Shown: positions 17,528 through 25,853 of the stretch, piece after piece
How positions within the stretch are numbered: the first letter of the stretch is position 1
Layout of the letters: each line of letters opens with the position of its first letter
Assembly: GCA_965602785.1 (NCBI GenBank)
Contig: CBFDAH010000002.1
Coordinates: forward strand, 1-63,326
Reading direction: 5' to 3'
Length of the DNA: 63,326 nt
DNA from: an uncultured Syntrophobacterales bacterium
GTDB lineage: Bacteria > Desulfobacterota > Desulfobaccia > Desulfobaccales > 0-14-0-80-60-11
Made by a program: the position numbers and the translations under genes
Notes under the pieces: generated by a model
Told to the model about the DNA's origin: nothing
The model's database searches: none
Seen by the model: only the letters and a program-made list of their open reading frames with translations

Positions 17528-19069
17528 TTAGAGATAGTCGTGTCTGTAAAAAATCCGCTTCCAGGGAGCCAGCAGTTTCTGCGTTATCCAGACGACCCAG
17601 CCTCTCTTTTTGAAAGCAAAATACTCGTCCATGGCAGTTAAGGTGGAAAACCACCAGTCACTGAAATAATAATCCTCTTCGATGACGTCAAGGGATTTTA
17701 TGAAGACCTCGCTCACGTTTTCCCAGGGCTGGTAAGTTGACGTATCGCCGATCCAGGTTATCTCAGGCTTGCCGAAGGCCGCCACCGCCAACGGCAGGAA
17801 ACGGCCCACCAGGGGGTTGTCAGGGTCGAGCCCCATTTTTTTCGCCCCCACCCAATCAACGGCCATGAGGTTTTCGCCGCCGATTATGGTCTTGGTGTGC
17901 TTGGGCGCCGGGCAGGTGATGACCCCGAACTGCCCGTCAGCGCTGATAAAGGCGTCGATTAAGCCGAAATGCACCGGAAAGTGCTTCATGGTCTCGATGG
18001 TGGGCCAGTCGTATTCCCGTTTGGTATGGTACTCCTTCAACTTGTCTTGCATGGGCAGAGTGCCGTAAATGTTTTTCAGGGCGAGGGTGTAGTGGCAAAA
18101 GGTGTGGGTCTTGTTTTTGGCAAAGGAAATCCGGAAGTCGGCATCCCGCCAGGTCGGCCCCACAAAGTGCGATCCCAGGCGTCCGCCGTACTCGAAGGGC
18201 GCCATCTCCTCGGTAAGGTCCACGATGCGGTAGTTTTTCGCAGTGGAGTAGCCGATGTACTCGGCCACCTTGAGGACCTCCCGGTTTTCGTAATAATTCC
18301 CATAGGTGCTCTGGGATTCCACGATGGTGATATTAGTAAACCCCCGGGCGGCAAGGCGATCCACCAGGGCCTCCACCAGTGCCGGGTCCGTATAGGTGGA
18401 AACGTCCTTTTTAGCATGCATGAACATGAAGTTGGGTTTGACGACCACCGCAAAGGCTTCCCGGGACTTGCCCGACTCCTGGAAGCGCTTTTCCAGGAGG
18501 TTGAAGAAATTAGTCTCCTCGAGCACCCGATCCAGGAGTGCGAATTTGTCTTCACCCTGAAAGGCGGCCACCGTGGTGGGGCCGGTGCTCACCGGGGGGG
18601 CGGCCGGCGCTTCCTGTAAGAAAGCGGTGTGGGCCATCAGGAAGGCCTTATTGGCCCAGATGTAGAAGGCGAGGGTCACCCAGAAGATGGCGCCGTCCAC
18701 CAGAAAGATGACCAGGTAGGCAAAGTAACGGGCCGAGAACAGGAAAAAGAAGAGGGCGGAGAGGGAGGAGGTGGCCTTGGCGATCAGGAGCGGCAGGGTA
18801 AGGTGGATATTTTTCCGGACGTTAAGTCGGACCAGGTAGCATATCGCCGTGATGGTCATCATCATGGAAAAGGCCAGGGACAGCCAAAATTTTTCCACGG
18901 CAAGGGGGATGGGCGGGAGGCTGGGGATTAGAATTCGGGATGCCAGGTTAATGGCCTTGAGAATCAGGTTCGGGGCCAGGAAGAAAGCCAGCCCGGCGAT
19001 GAAGTAAGTGATGGCGCTGATTCCCATGAAATTCCTGAAATGTCGTTCCTCTTGCGTCAGGTAGATCAT
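17528..19069 (-). CDS. Membrane-anchored DUF362-like domain protein
   Basis: An N-terminal hydrophobic region of about 150 aa with about 4 TM segments, then a soluble domain (FAVVVKPNFMFMH..., IVESQSTYGNYY) that resembles DUF362. This assignment is from memory only. Confidence 0.55.
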   Translation of the reverse strand: MIYLTQEERHFRNFMGISAITYFIAGLAFFLAPNLILKAINLASRILIPSLPPIPLAVEKFWLSLAFSMMMTITAICYLVRLNVRKNIHLTLPLLIAKATSSLSALFFFLFSARYFAYLVIFLVDGAIFWVTLAFYIWANKAFLMAHTAFLQEAPAAPPVSTGPTTVAAFQGEDKFALLDRVLEETNFFNLLEKRFQESGKSREAFAVVVKPNFMFMHAKKDVSTYTDPALVEALVDRLAARGFTNITIVESQSTYGNYYENREVLKVAEYIGYSTAKNYRIVDLTEEMAPFEYGGRLGSHFVGPTWRDADFRISFAKNKTHTFCHYTLALKNIYGTLPMQDKLKEYHTKREYDWPTIETMKHFPVHFGLIDAFISADGQFGVITCPAPKHTKTIIGGENLMAVDWVGAKKMGLDPDNPLVGRFLPLAVAAFGKPEITWIGDTSTYQPWENVSEVFIKSLDVIEEDYYFSDWWFSTLTAMDEYFAFKKRGWVVWITQKLLAPWKRIFYRHDYL

Positions 19070-19842
19070 AATTGGCCCTCCTCTTTGAGAAAAGCATACT
19101 CTTCCAAGGTTTCTCCAGCCAAAAACGCCGAGAGAGCGTACTGGGCTAAAATTTCCAGGGGCCAGCAGCCGAAGAGCAAAAACGCCGGCGGATAGGTCGG
19201 ATTGTGGGGAAAGGTCCAGGCCCCGCTGGCGACGGACCCCACATATTCGCTCACGTTGCCCCCCACCCAGGCGGTGATCACGATGCCGATCAATACTGGG
19301 GCATCCATTTTCCAGGCAATATAGAGGTTATAGATGAGCAGCAGGGTATAGAAAGACCAAAACAGACCCCCGGCGCCGCTGCTGTATTCTCCCAGAAACA
19401 GGAAGATAACCAGGAAAAGCGCCGGGGGCACAACCAGGTTCCATCTTGAGGGCGGCGAGGCCTTGAAGGAGCGGAGCAGGGGAATGGTCAGCCGGTTGGC
19501 AAGGGCAAAGACCGTGAGCCCCACCAGCACCCAGCACCACACCCCGAACAGGTAAGCCCCGTTGGCGCCATGATATACCCACATTCCGGCCCGGATGCCC
19601 ATGGTTTCTTTGATGTATTCCATAAAAGCGATCACCAGGATCAGAGCCAGGAGCCGTTTGGTGTTGAGGTGGAGGGCCAGCCAGAAGGCTAGGGCAAAAC
19701 CGGCGGCAAGAGACAGGAAGAAGGGGAAAGAAACAAAGGGCAGGTAGCCTTCGTGAAAGGCGGTGAAGAGGAAGACGGTGAGAAACAGGGCGACAATGAC
19801 GAGATTGGGAAACCTTTCGCCAGCCGAGTTGTGGATGCTCAT
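19066..19842 (-). CDS. Polytopic membrane protein, unknown function
   Basis: Hydrophobic throughout. Its stop overlaps the downstream start (ATGA at 19066-19069), which suggests translational coupling. Confidence 0.55.
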   Translation of the reverse strand: MSIHNSAGERFPNLVIVALFLTVFLFTAFHEGYLPFVSFPFFLSLAAGFALAFWLALHLNTKRLLALILVIAFMEYIKETMGIRAGMWVYHGANGAYLFGVWCWVLVGLTVFALANRLTIPLLRSFKASPPSRWNLVVPPALFLVIFLFLGEYSSGAGGLFWSFYTLLLIYNLYIAWKMDAPVLIGIVITAWVGGNVSEYVGSVASGAWTFPHNPTYPPAFLLFGCWPLEILAQYALSAFLAGETLEEYAFLKEEGQL

Positions 19843-19970
19843 AATTCCCCTCCGTCTCCCTGGAAACCTCTGGGCAGCACCTTAAACATTCTAGCCCAAA
19901 CCCCTGATGTGTTCGCGAAATTCCTCGGGCGAAAGGGCCGTAAAACCCAAACAACGGCTCAATTGCACCA

Positions 19971-20704
19971 CTAACGGCGGCCTGAGGCGGCAAGCAGACA
20001 GTATCTCTGCCTGGGAAAAGACCTCCTGGGTAGGGCCGTCCAGGTTACTAGCCCCGTGGAAACGGCCAGGCCCAAGACATGACCACCGCCGGCCCCCACC
20101 CAAGCCAAGGTCAGCCCCAGGCGGGGGGCAGGCCCGGGAGCGCAGTCCTCGGGGGCCATCTGCTCTGCCCAGGAAAGGTCCCAGCGGCTGACCCGGGGGG
20201 CTAGGAGTTTCAGGAGCAAGGGTCCCAGGGTGATGGCGATGAGGACATTGTTCAGGAATACCGCCGCGGCGATGAGGCTGAAAGGGAGGAGTTTCAAGGT
20301 CTCCAGCCCAAAGCCCACCACCAGGGCGCAGCCTAAGCCTCCCAGGAGGGCGGCCAAGAGAAACCTGAGCCAGTGAGGGCGCAAAGACTCAAGGGACCGT
20401 CCCCGCCACAACTGGTAAGGAAGATAGGCGGCCAGGAAGTTCCCCAGAAACCGAAGAAGCTCCCCGCTTCCAGAGTGCCGAAGAAGTCGCCCATGAGGTT
20501 CCCGAAAGCCGCACCCCAGGCGCCGGCGGGCCCAAAGAGCAGGCCGAACACCAGGGGGATGACGTTGGCGGGCCGCAGCTCCGTGATGCCTGGGATGAGG
20601 GGGATGCCTTTAAAGGGGATAAGGATGGCAGCAAACAGGCCCGCGGTGAGGACGGTGAGGACCACCATGGTGGAGTACCGCCACATGCGCCAGACTTCCC
20701 GCAT
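19971..20704 (-). pseudogene. ECF-transporter S-component/QueT-like membrane protein, interrupted by a 1-nt frameshift near 20440-20450
   Basis: ORF 20333..20704 reads ...GSFFGF then runs into junk. The -1 frame continues LGNFLAAYLPYQLWRGRS... and is ORF 19971..20411. Together they form one coherent hydrophobic protein. Confidence 0.6.
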
Positions 20705-20728
20705 GGCTGCCCCTTTTGGAAAGACGAT

Positions 20729-22117
20729 CTACTTCTGACCCAATCCCTGCGCGCTTTCGGGCTCGGAGGCCGCCTGGTTCACCAACTCCTGCAGGTTGAG
20801 GGCATCCCAGGGAGAAGTGGCCGGCCCTTCAATCAGGCGGCGCAGGAAGTGGGCCAAACCAGGTTCTCCCGCCACCAGCTGGGCCACCGCTCCACCCCTG
20901 GCCTGGCGGAGAAGGTTGAGGACATTCCCCACCGAGATCTGATCGAGAGGCCTGGCCGGGACATACCGAGGGGGGCCTTCTGCCGGTGTGGGAGACACCT
21001 CTATAATTAAATCAAAGTCCTTCAGAGTTTCCACGACCCGGGAAGCCAGAAGGTTGCCGTTCGCCAATGACTGTCCGAGTTCCTCCAGGTCCAGGGGCGG
21101 CTCGCGGCGCAGGTAGCGGCCGGCAATGGCCACCAGGGCAGCCAGAGCCACGTACTCGTCCACCGGTTCCCGGGTGGGAGAAGGGTGGCGGCGCTGTTCG
21201 CTGAGACGTTCCAGGTTTTGGTGGGAATAGGCCACTTCGTTGCCGAAAAGCACGATGAGCCAGCTCCAATACATCCAGAGGGTGAAGAAGAGGAGGTGAT
21301 ACACCACCCCATAAATGGCGTTGTAATACGAGGCCCTAGTGTGTAACCAGGCCATCAGAATCTGGGCCCCTTGCCAGAGGAAAGCACCCACCAACCCCCC
21401 GATGAGGGCCGACAGGAAGCGTACCCGGGTGTTGGGCATGACGAGATAAATAAAGCTAAAGGCCAGCCAAAAAAGACCCAAGGAGACTAGTCCTGAAGTA
21501 GTGGTCATCAGGGCCTTGGGCAGCACCCCGACCAGCAGACGGTCAATCACCGGGTGACTCACCAGGTTGGTGGCGATGGAAATGGCCACGGCCATCAGGA
21601 GGGGCAGAATCAGGAAGATGGTCAGGTAATCGCTGAGCTTGCGGCGCCAGGGACGGGTGCGGTCCACCTTCCAGGTGTCGTTGAAGGCCCACTCCACGTT
21701 GGTCATGAGAATGATCAGGTCAGCCAGCAGCGCCACGATCACGAAAACCCCCAGACGGGCCACATTGGTGGACTCGATGTACTGGAGGATCTGGAGGGCA
21801 AAGTCCTTGGAGCCCGGAGCCAGGTGGTCCAGGAGGTGGGTGGCCAGGAGGCGCTGAATACCCAGGCTTTTGAGGATGGCAAAGAGGAGGGCCATAAGTG
21901 GGATTAGAGCCAGGCCGGTGAGATAGGCCAGAGCCGAGGCCCGGATAAAGGCGCGGTTGACCAGGAGGCCTCGAAGAGAGAGGAAAAGGACCCGCAGACT
22001 TTTTACAAAAAAGCCGTTGAATCCCGGAGCCTCCTCCTTCCAGAGCCCCTGGCTCCAGAAGCTGTGGAGCCGGGAGGATAAGCCATTCACAGAGAGGCGG
22101 GAGTTAGGTGTTTCCAT
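20729..22117 (-). CDS. YihY/BrkB-family membrane protein with a C-terminal soluble extension
   Basis: Polytopic core with the family-like motifs SALAYLT.LALIPL and YG....LLFF.LW.Y, plus an additional C-terminal domain of about 150 aa. Confidence 0.7.
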   Translation of the reverse strand: METPNSRLSVNGLSSRLHSFWSQGLWKEEAPGFNGFFVKSLRVLFLSLRGLLVNRAFIRASALAYLTGLALIPLMALLFAILKSLGIQRLLATHLLDHLAPGSKDFALQILQYIESTNVARLGVFVIVALLADLIILMTNVEWAFNDTWKVDRTRPWRRKLSDYLTIFLILPLLMAVAISIATNLVSHPVIDRLLVGVLPKALMTTTSGLVSLGLFWLAFSFIYLVMPNTRVRFLSALIGGLVGAFLWQGAQILMAWLHTRASYYNAIYGVVYHLLFFTLWMYWSWLIVLFGNEVAYSHQNLERLSEQRRHPSPTREPVDEYVALAALVAIAGRYLRREPPLDLEELGQSLANGNLLASRVVETLKDFDLIIEVSPTPAEGPPRYVPARPLDQISVGNVLNLLRQARGGAVAQLVAGEPGLAHFLRRLIEGPATSPWDALNLQELVNQAASEPESAQGLGQK

Positions 22118-22135
22118 TACGGCCGCAAAACTCCT

Positions 22136-22819
22136 TTACCGGATCCCTTCCAGTTCCTTAAACCGGGGATCCTTCTGGCTGACATCGGCGGGCACGGCTT
22201 TGCCGGTGTTTCTGCCGAACTGCTCAAAGGCGGTGATCAACAGGGAATTGACCACTTCCCGGAAATCCGAGGAGGTGCCAGTGCTGCGGGCCTCACCTAC
22301 CCAGACGGTGTTAAACTTACCGGTGACGCGGTAGTGTTCTCCTTCCCCCACATTCAGGATCAGCCAGCGGTTAAACAGGGCTTGAGTCTCCGTATAATAG
22401 GGCGAATATCCGGGCCAGAAGAGGCCATAGGCCCCATAGCCTCCCGGACCATAACAACCTATCCCTGTCCCAAAGCCGATGCCAATACCGACGCTGGGTG
22501 TGGCTACGGTTACGGTCTGGGGGGCGCCCATGCCGTATGTAAAGCGCAGGTAGTAGTCTGCTTGTTCATAAAGAGCTAAAGGATACCCGCGTTGTTCCAA
22601 TAGTTTGGTGATTTTCGCCCTGATTTCTTTCTCAAGTAAGGGATTTTTGGCCTCTTCGTTTTCCATGACAAAGAAGGAGGCCATGGGGACAAAAGGAGCA
22701 AGTCCGCCTGAGGCGGTGTAGCCGTTCACTTGCACCTGGTACGTGGTTGGCCCACTGGCGCATCCGGACGCCACGGCGGCCAGAAAGGCCAGCAGCAAAA
22801 CCCAGGACAATTTTTTCAT
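22136..22819 (-). CDS. Lipoprotein, unknown function
   Basis: Lipobox MKKLSWVLLLAFLAAVASGC and an internal Gly-rich stretch GIGIGFGTGIGCYGPGGYGAYG. Confidence 0.6.
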   Translation of the reverse strand: MKKLSWVLLLAFLAAVASGCASGPTTYQVQVNGYTASGGLAPFVPMASFFVMENEEAKNPLLEKEIRAKITKLLEQRGYPLALYEQADYYLRFTYGMGAPQTVTVATPSVGIGIGFGTGIGCYGPGGYGAYGLFWPGYSPYYTETQALFNRWLILNVGEGEHYRVTGKFNTVWVGEARSTGTSSDFREVVNSLLITAFEQFGRNTGKAVPADVSQKDPRFKELEGIR

Positions 22820-22863
22820 TACTGCCTCTTGGTACCTGAAAAGCGAGCCCGGGTAAGGCCCGT

Positions 22864-23547
22864 TCAGGGTGAAAACTTCTCTAATATCGACTTCAACCGG
22901 CCTTTCACCGTTTGGATGGAGGGTAGAGCCGGAGGGGGTGGCAGCAAAGTCTCCGGCAAGGTTCGCCGCTTGAAGCGCATGCGGGTGGATAGCTCCTCCC
23001 GCTCAGAACAGAGCAATCCCCCTGAGATTACCTCCCCGCCTCCCTCCATGGCCTCAATCTGGGCGGCGATGAGGCCGAAATCAAAAGACATGTTGAATTT
23101 ACTGATGTCCTCATTGAGAAGGCGCAGATGCACCGTAATCTTGTCATACTGTTCCTTGAGGCTGCGGTATCTGGAAAACAGGTTTTGGTAAATGTCCAGA
23201 ACCAGGTTGATATAACGGCGCCAGGCCGTGAAACCCCGGCGGGAATAACCCTTGAGGAGCTCCTGGCGGGCCTCCGGCGGCAGGTTCTTGAAATCTTCGA
23301 AAAAGGGCCGGACCTCCAGGGAAAGGAGGTGCATGACTTGGTCAATGGCCGCCTGCTGGCCCAGGGCGGTGTAAAAGGCGGAGAAGAGGTTGGCAAGATC
23401 GGAAAATTCTTGCTGATAAGCTGCCACCTCATCCTCCAGGATCTGACTATCCTCTTCCAGGTTGCAGCGCTCGGCGAAGTAATTGTCAATAATCTCTTTT
23501 TTAATTTGGACTTTGAGGGACTCTAAGGCCTTATCTGCATCGTCCAT
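22864..23547 (-). CDS. Hypothetical helical/coiled-coil protein
   Basis: 227-aa ORF directly downstream of the PSP1 gene. I recognise no family. Confidence 0.5.
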   Translation of the reverse strand: MDDADKALESLKVQIKKEIIDNYFAERCNLEEDSQILEDEVAAYQQEFSDLANLFSAFYTALGQQAAIDQVMHLLSLEVRPFFEDFKNLPPEARQELLKGYSRRGFTAWRRYINLVLDIYQNLFSRYRSLKEQYDKITVHLRLLNEDISKFNMSFDFGLIAAQIEAMEGGGEVISGGLLCSEREELSTRMRFKRRTLPETLLPPPPALPSIQTVKGRLKSILEKFSP

Positions 23548-23556
23548 GCGAATGTC

Positions 23557-24399
23557 CTAATTCTCTCCGGCATCCTCCGGCGTTTTGGGGGGAGGAGACA
23601 TGGGTAGCTGGGAGAGGGATAGTTCCAACTCCTGGCCCTCCGCCATTTCCAGGGTGACCGTCTGCCGGATCAGGTTGTAGCGAATGATTTTGCCTTCACC
23701 TTCGGGAAGTTTGACCCGTTTTCCGAGGCGAGGCAGGTGCTTACGCAGCTCCTGGTAGGTGGAGTGTTCGTAGGTGAGGCAGCACATAAGTCGGCCACAC
23801 ACCCCGCTGATCTTGCTGGGGTTGAGACTGAGCTGCTGCTCCTTGGCCATGCGCACGCTCACGGGCTCGAAATCCTTGAGGAAAGAGGCGCAGCAGAGCT
23901 CGGCGCCGCAAATGCCCAGACCTCCCACCATCTTGGCTCGGTGGCGCACCCCGATCTGGCGGAGCTCGATGCGGGTGCGGAACTCCTGAACCAGGTCCTT
24001 GACCAGCTCCCGGAAGTCCACCCGGCCGGGCGCAGTGAAATAAAAAATAATCTTGCTGGCGTCGAAAAGGCATTCCACCCGCACCAGGTGAATGGGAAGC
24101 TGGCGCGCTTTGATGCGCTCCCGGCAGAAGTGGAAGGCCCGTTCTTCCAGGAGCTGGTTTTTTTCTTCCTGACCCAAATCCTCGGGGGTGGCCCGCCGCT
24201 CGATCTGGGTGGGCATTTGGCCGCCCACCAGCTCCGGGTCGATATCGGGAAAGATGCACTTGACAGTGCCCAGGGCCAGGGCGTCGCCGGTGCGCAACAC
24301 CAGGCGGTCGCCGGGCAGGAGCTCCGTATCCTCGGTGAGGACGGAAGAACACTTGGTGTCGGCGGTGAGGCGTATTTTCAAAAGATTCATAGATTCCAT
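23557..24399 (-). CDS. PSP1 domain protein (YaaT/RicT-like)
   Basis: PSP1 C-terminal pattern with the Cys cluster GICGAELCCASF...GVCGRLMCCL. It sits in the conserved position downstream of holB. Confidence 0.8.
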   Translation of the reverse strand: MESMNLLKIRLTADTKCSSVLTEDTELLPGDRLVLRTGDALALGTVKCIFPDIDPELVGGQMPTQIERRATPEDLGQEEKNQLLEERAFHFCRERIKARQLPIHLVRVECLFDASKIIFYFTAPGRVDFRELVKDLVQEFRTRIELRQIGVRHRAKMVGGLGICGAELCCASFLKDFEPVSVRMAKEQQLSLNPSKISGVCGRLMCCLTYEHSTYQELRKHLPRLGKRVKLPEGEGKIIRYNLIRQTVTLEMAEGQELELSLSQLPMSPPPKTPEDAGEN

Positions 24400-24400
24400 C

Positions 24401-25426
24401 TTATTCCTGAAGTTTAAAACCCATAAGGTCCAGGGTCAGTTCCGGATTGAGGTTGGCCCTGAGGTGCCGCTGGGCGGCGCTCAGGGCGGCTAACTTGGTC
24501 AACCAGGCCTCCTGGCGGTTGTGGGCAACTTCGGCCCGGAGGACTTGTAGACGATCCTGGTGGGCCAGGAGTCGCTCCGGGGCCCCGTCCACGAGCAAGA
24601 GTAAATCACGATACCAGAGTTGGGCCATGAGGAGAAAGGTGTCAGTTTCCGCCGCTGATTTGGCCAGGCCTTGAGCCCAGTCCAGGGCTGTGGTGGCGGT
24701 ACCCTGGGAGAGGCGTTCCAGGTCGTCAAGCACCCGCTGACGCTGGCCCAGGAGTTCCTCGGGCTTCAGGGCCAGGGCCCGGCCCAGAGAGCCGCCGCTC
24801 AACGCCGTCAGGAGAGCCGCTTCGGAGGGGCTGAGACCCCGGCGGGCGAGCTCCGCCTGAATGAGAGGGGAGGGCAGGGGCGCAAAAGCCAGCTTGTGGC
24901 AGCGGGAGACCACGGTGGGGAAAAGGTCGGCCTCCACCCCGGCGGTGAGCATGAGGAGATGGTGGGGCGGCGGTTCTTCCAAGGTTTTCAACAGGGCATT
25001 GACCGCCTCGTCTCTCATGTCTTCCCCGGGCTTGATGAGGACCACCCGCCAGCCCCCGGCCACCGGGGGGTAATTGGTGAGACGGCGGAACTCCCGGATC
25101 TGATCGATTGTTATCTTAGGTGGACGTTCCCTGGAGGTGGGTCTAATAACTAGGAAGTCCGGATGTGTCCCCGCGGCCAGGCGTTTGCAGGAAGGGCAGA
25201 CCCCGCAGGCGTCCCCGTCCTCCCTGAGCTCGGTGCAGTTCAGGGCCCCGGCCAGGGCCCGGGCCGTGGAGGCCTTGCCCACCCCCTCAGGGCCGAGGAA
25301 AAGATAAGCGTGGGCCAGCCGGCCCCGGTTGAGGGCCGCTTTGAGATAGGTAAGGACCCGCTCCTGTCCCAGGATGTCCCGGAAGAAGCGGGGGGAGGAT
25401 TCTTGGCTTGTGGTTTCCTTAGTCAT
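24401..25426 (-). CDS. holB: DNA polymerase III subunit delta'
   Basis: AHAYLFLGPEGVGK, zinc module CGVCPSCKR, and LKTLEEPP. Confidence 0.85.
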   Translation of the reverse strand: MTKETTSQESSPRFFRDILGQERVLTYLKAALNRGRLAHAYLFLGPEGVGKASTARALAGALNCTELREDGDACGVCPSCKRLAAGTHPDFLVIRPTSRERPPKITIDQIREFRRLTNYPPVAGGWRVVLIKPGEDMRDEAVNALLKTLEEPPPHHLLMLTAGVEADLFPTVVSRCHKLAFAPLPSPLIQAELARRGLSPSEAALLTALSGGSLGRALALKPEELLGQRQRVLDDLERLSQGTATTALDWAQGLAKSAAETDTFLLMAQLWYRDLLLLVDGAPERLLAHQDRLQVLRAEVAHNRQEAWLTKLAALSAAQRHLRANLNPELTLDLMGFKLQE

Positions 25427-25454
25427 TTATTGCTCAGGGCGTGTAAAAGATTAA

Positions 25455-25840
25455 TTGTAGCGCCGACGCCCTCGGCGGCGCATAAACCGCCGGGGGCGGC
25501 GGTTCTACATTTTCACCTCGTTCCCAAGCTCCTGCTTGGGGACGTCCTATGATCTGCAAACTCCTGTTTGCGAATAGATTGGGTAGCCCCTGGCCAGTTT
25601 TAGTCCCAAAGAGCCGAAGCAAGGGCATGAACAAAGCCGAGCTTTGTACCCAACTACGTTCCCAAGCAGGAGCTTGGGAACGAGAGTAACAGCATTTTTT
25701 ATTTTTATTGTAGCCGCAGGCTTTAGCCTGCGTCTTTTTCATCCCCATAATGCCATAGTTGGTTAGTTCTCGTAGGGTGCGTCTTACGCACCATTATTCT
25801 GAAGATGCGGACTTTGTTGGCGCGTAAGACGCGCCCTACA
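25455..25840. repeat. Dense mosaic of at least 7 different short hairpin repeat units
   Basis: Units seen: GCGCCG..CGGCGC (25458-25481), AACCGCCG-GGGG-CGGCGGTT (25486-25505), GTTCCCAAGC..GCTTGGGGAC (25520-25543), GCAAAC..GTTTGC (about 25556-25572), GTTCCCAAGCAGGAGCTTGGGAAC (25658-25681), GTAGCCGCAGGCTTTAGCCTGCG (25710-25732), GTAGGGTGCGTCTTACGCACC (25772-25792) and GGCGCGTAAGACGCGCCCTAC (25819-25840). Confidence 0.85.
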
Positions 25841-25853
25841 GCTAATTGCTGCC

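Noticed and set aside
20705-20728. A preQ1 or other riboswitch upstream of the QueT-like S-component gene.
   Set aside because: The gap to the upstream yihY gene is only 24 nt, so there is no room for an aptamer.
25427-25853. Possible CRISPR array, because of many short palindromic repeats in one gap.
   Set aside because: The units are all different sequences, are irregularly spaced, have no constant repeat-spacer periodicity, and no cas genes are nearby.
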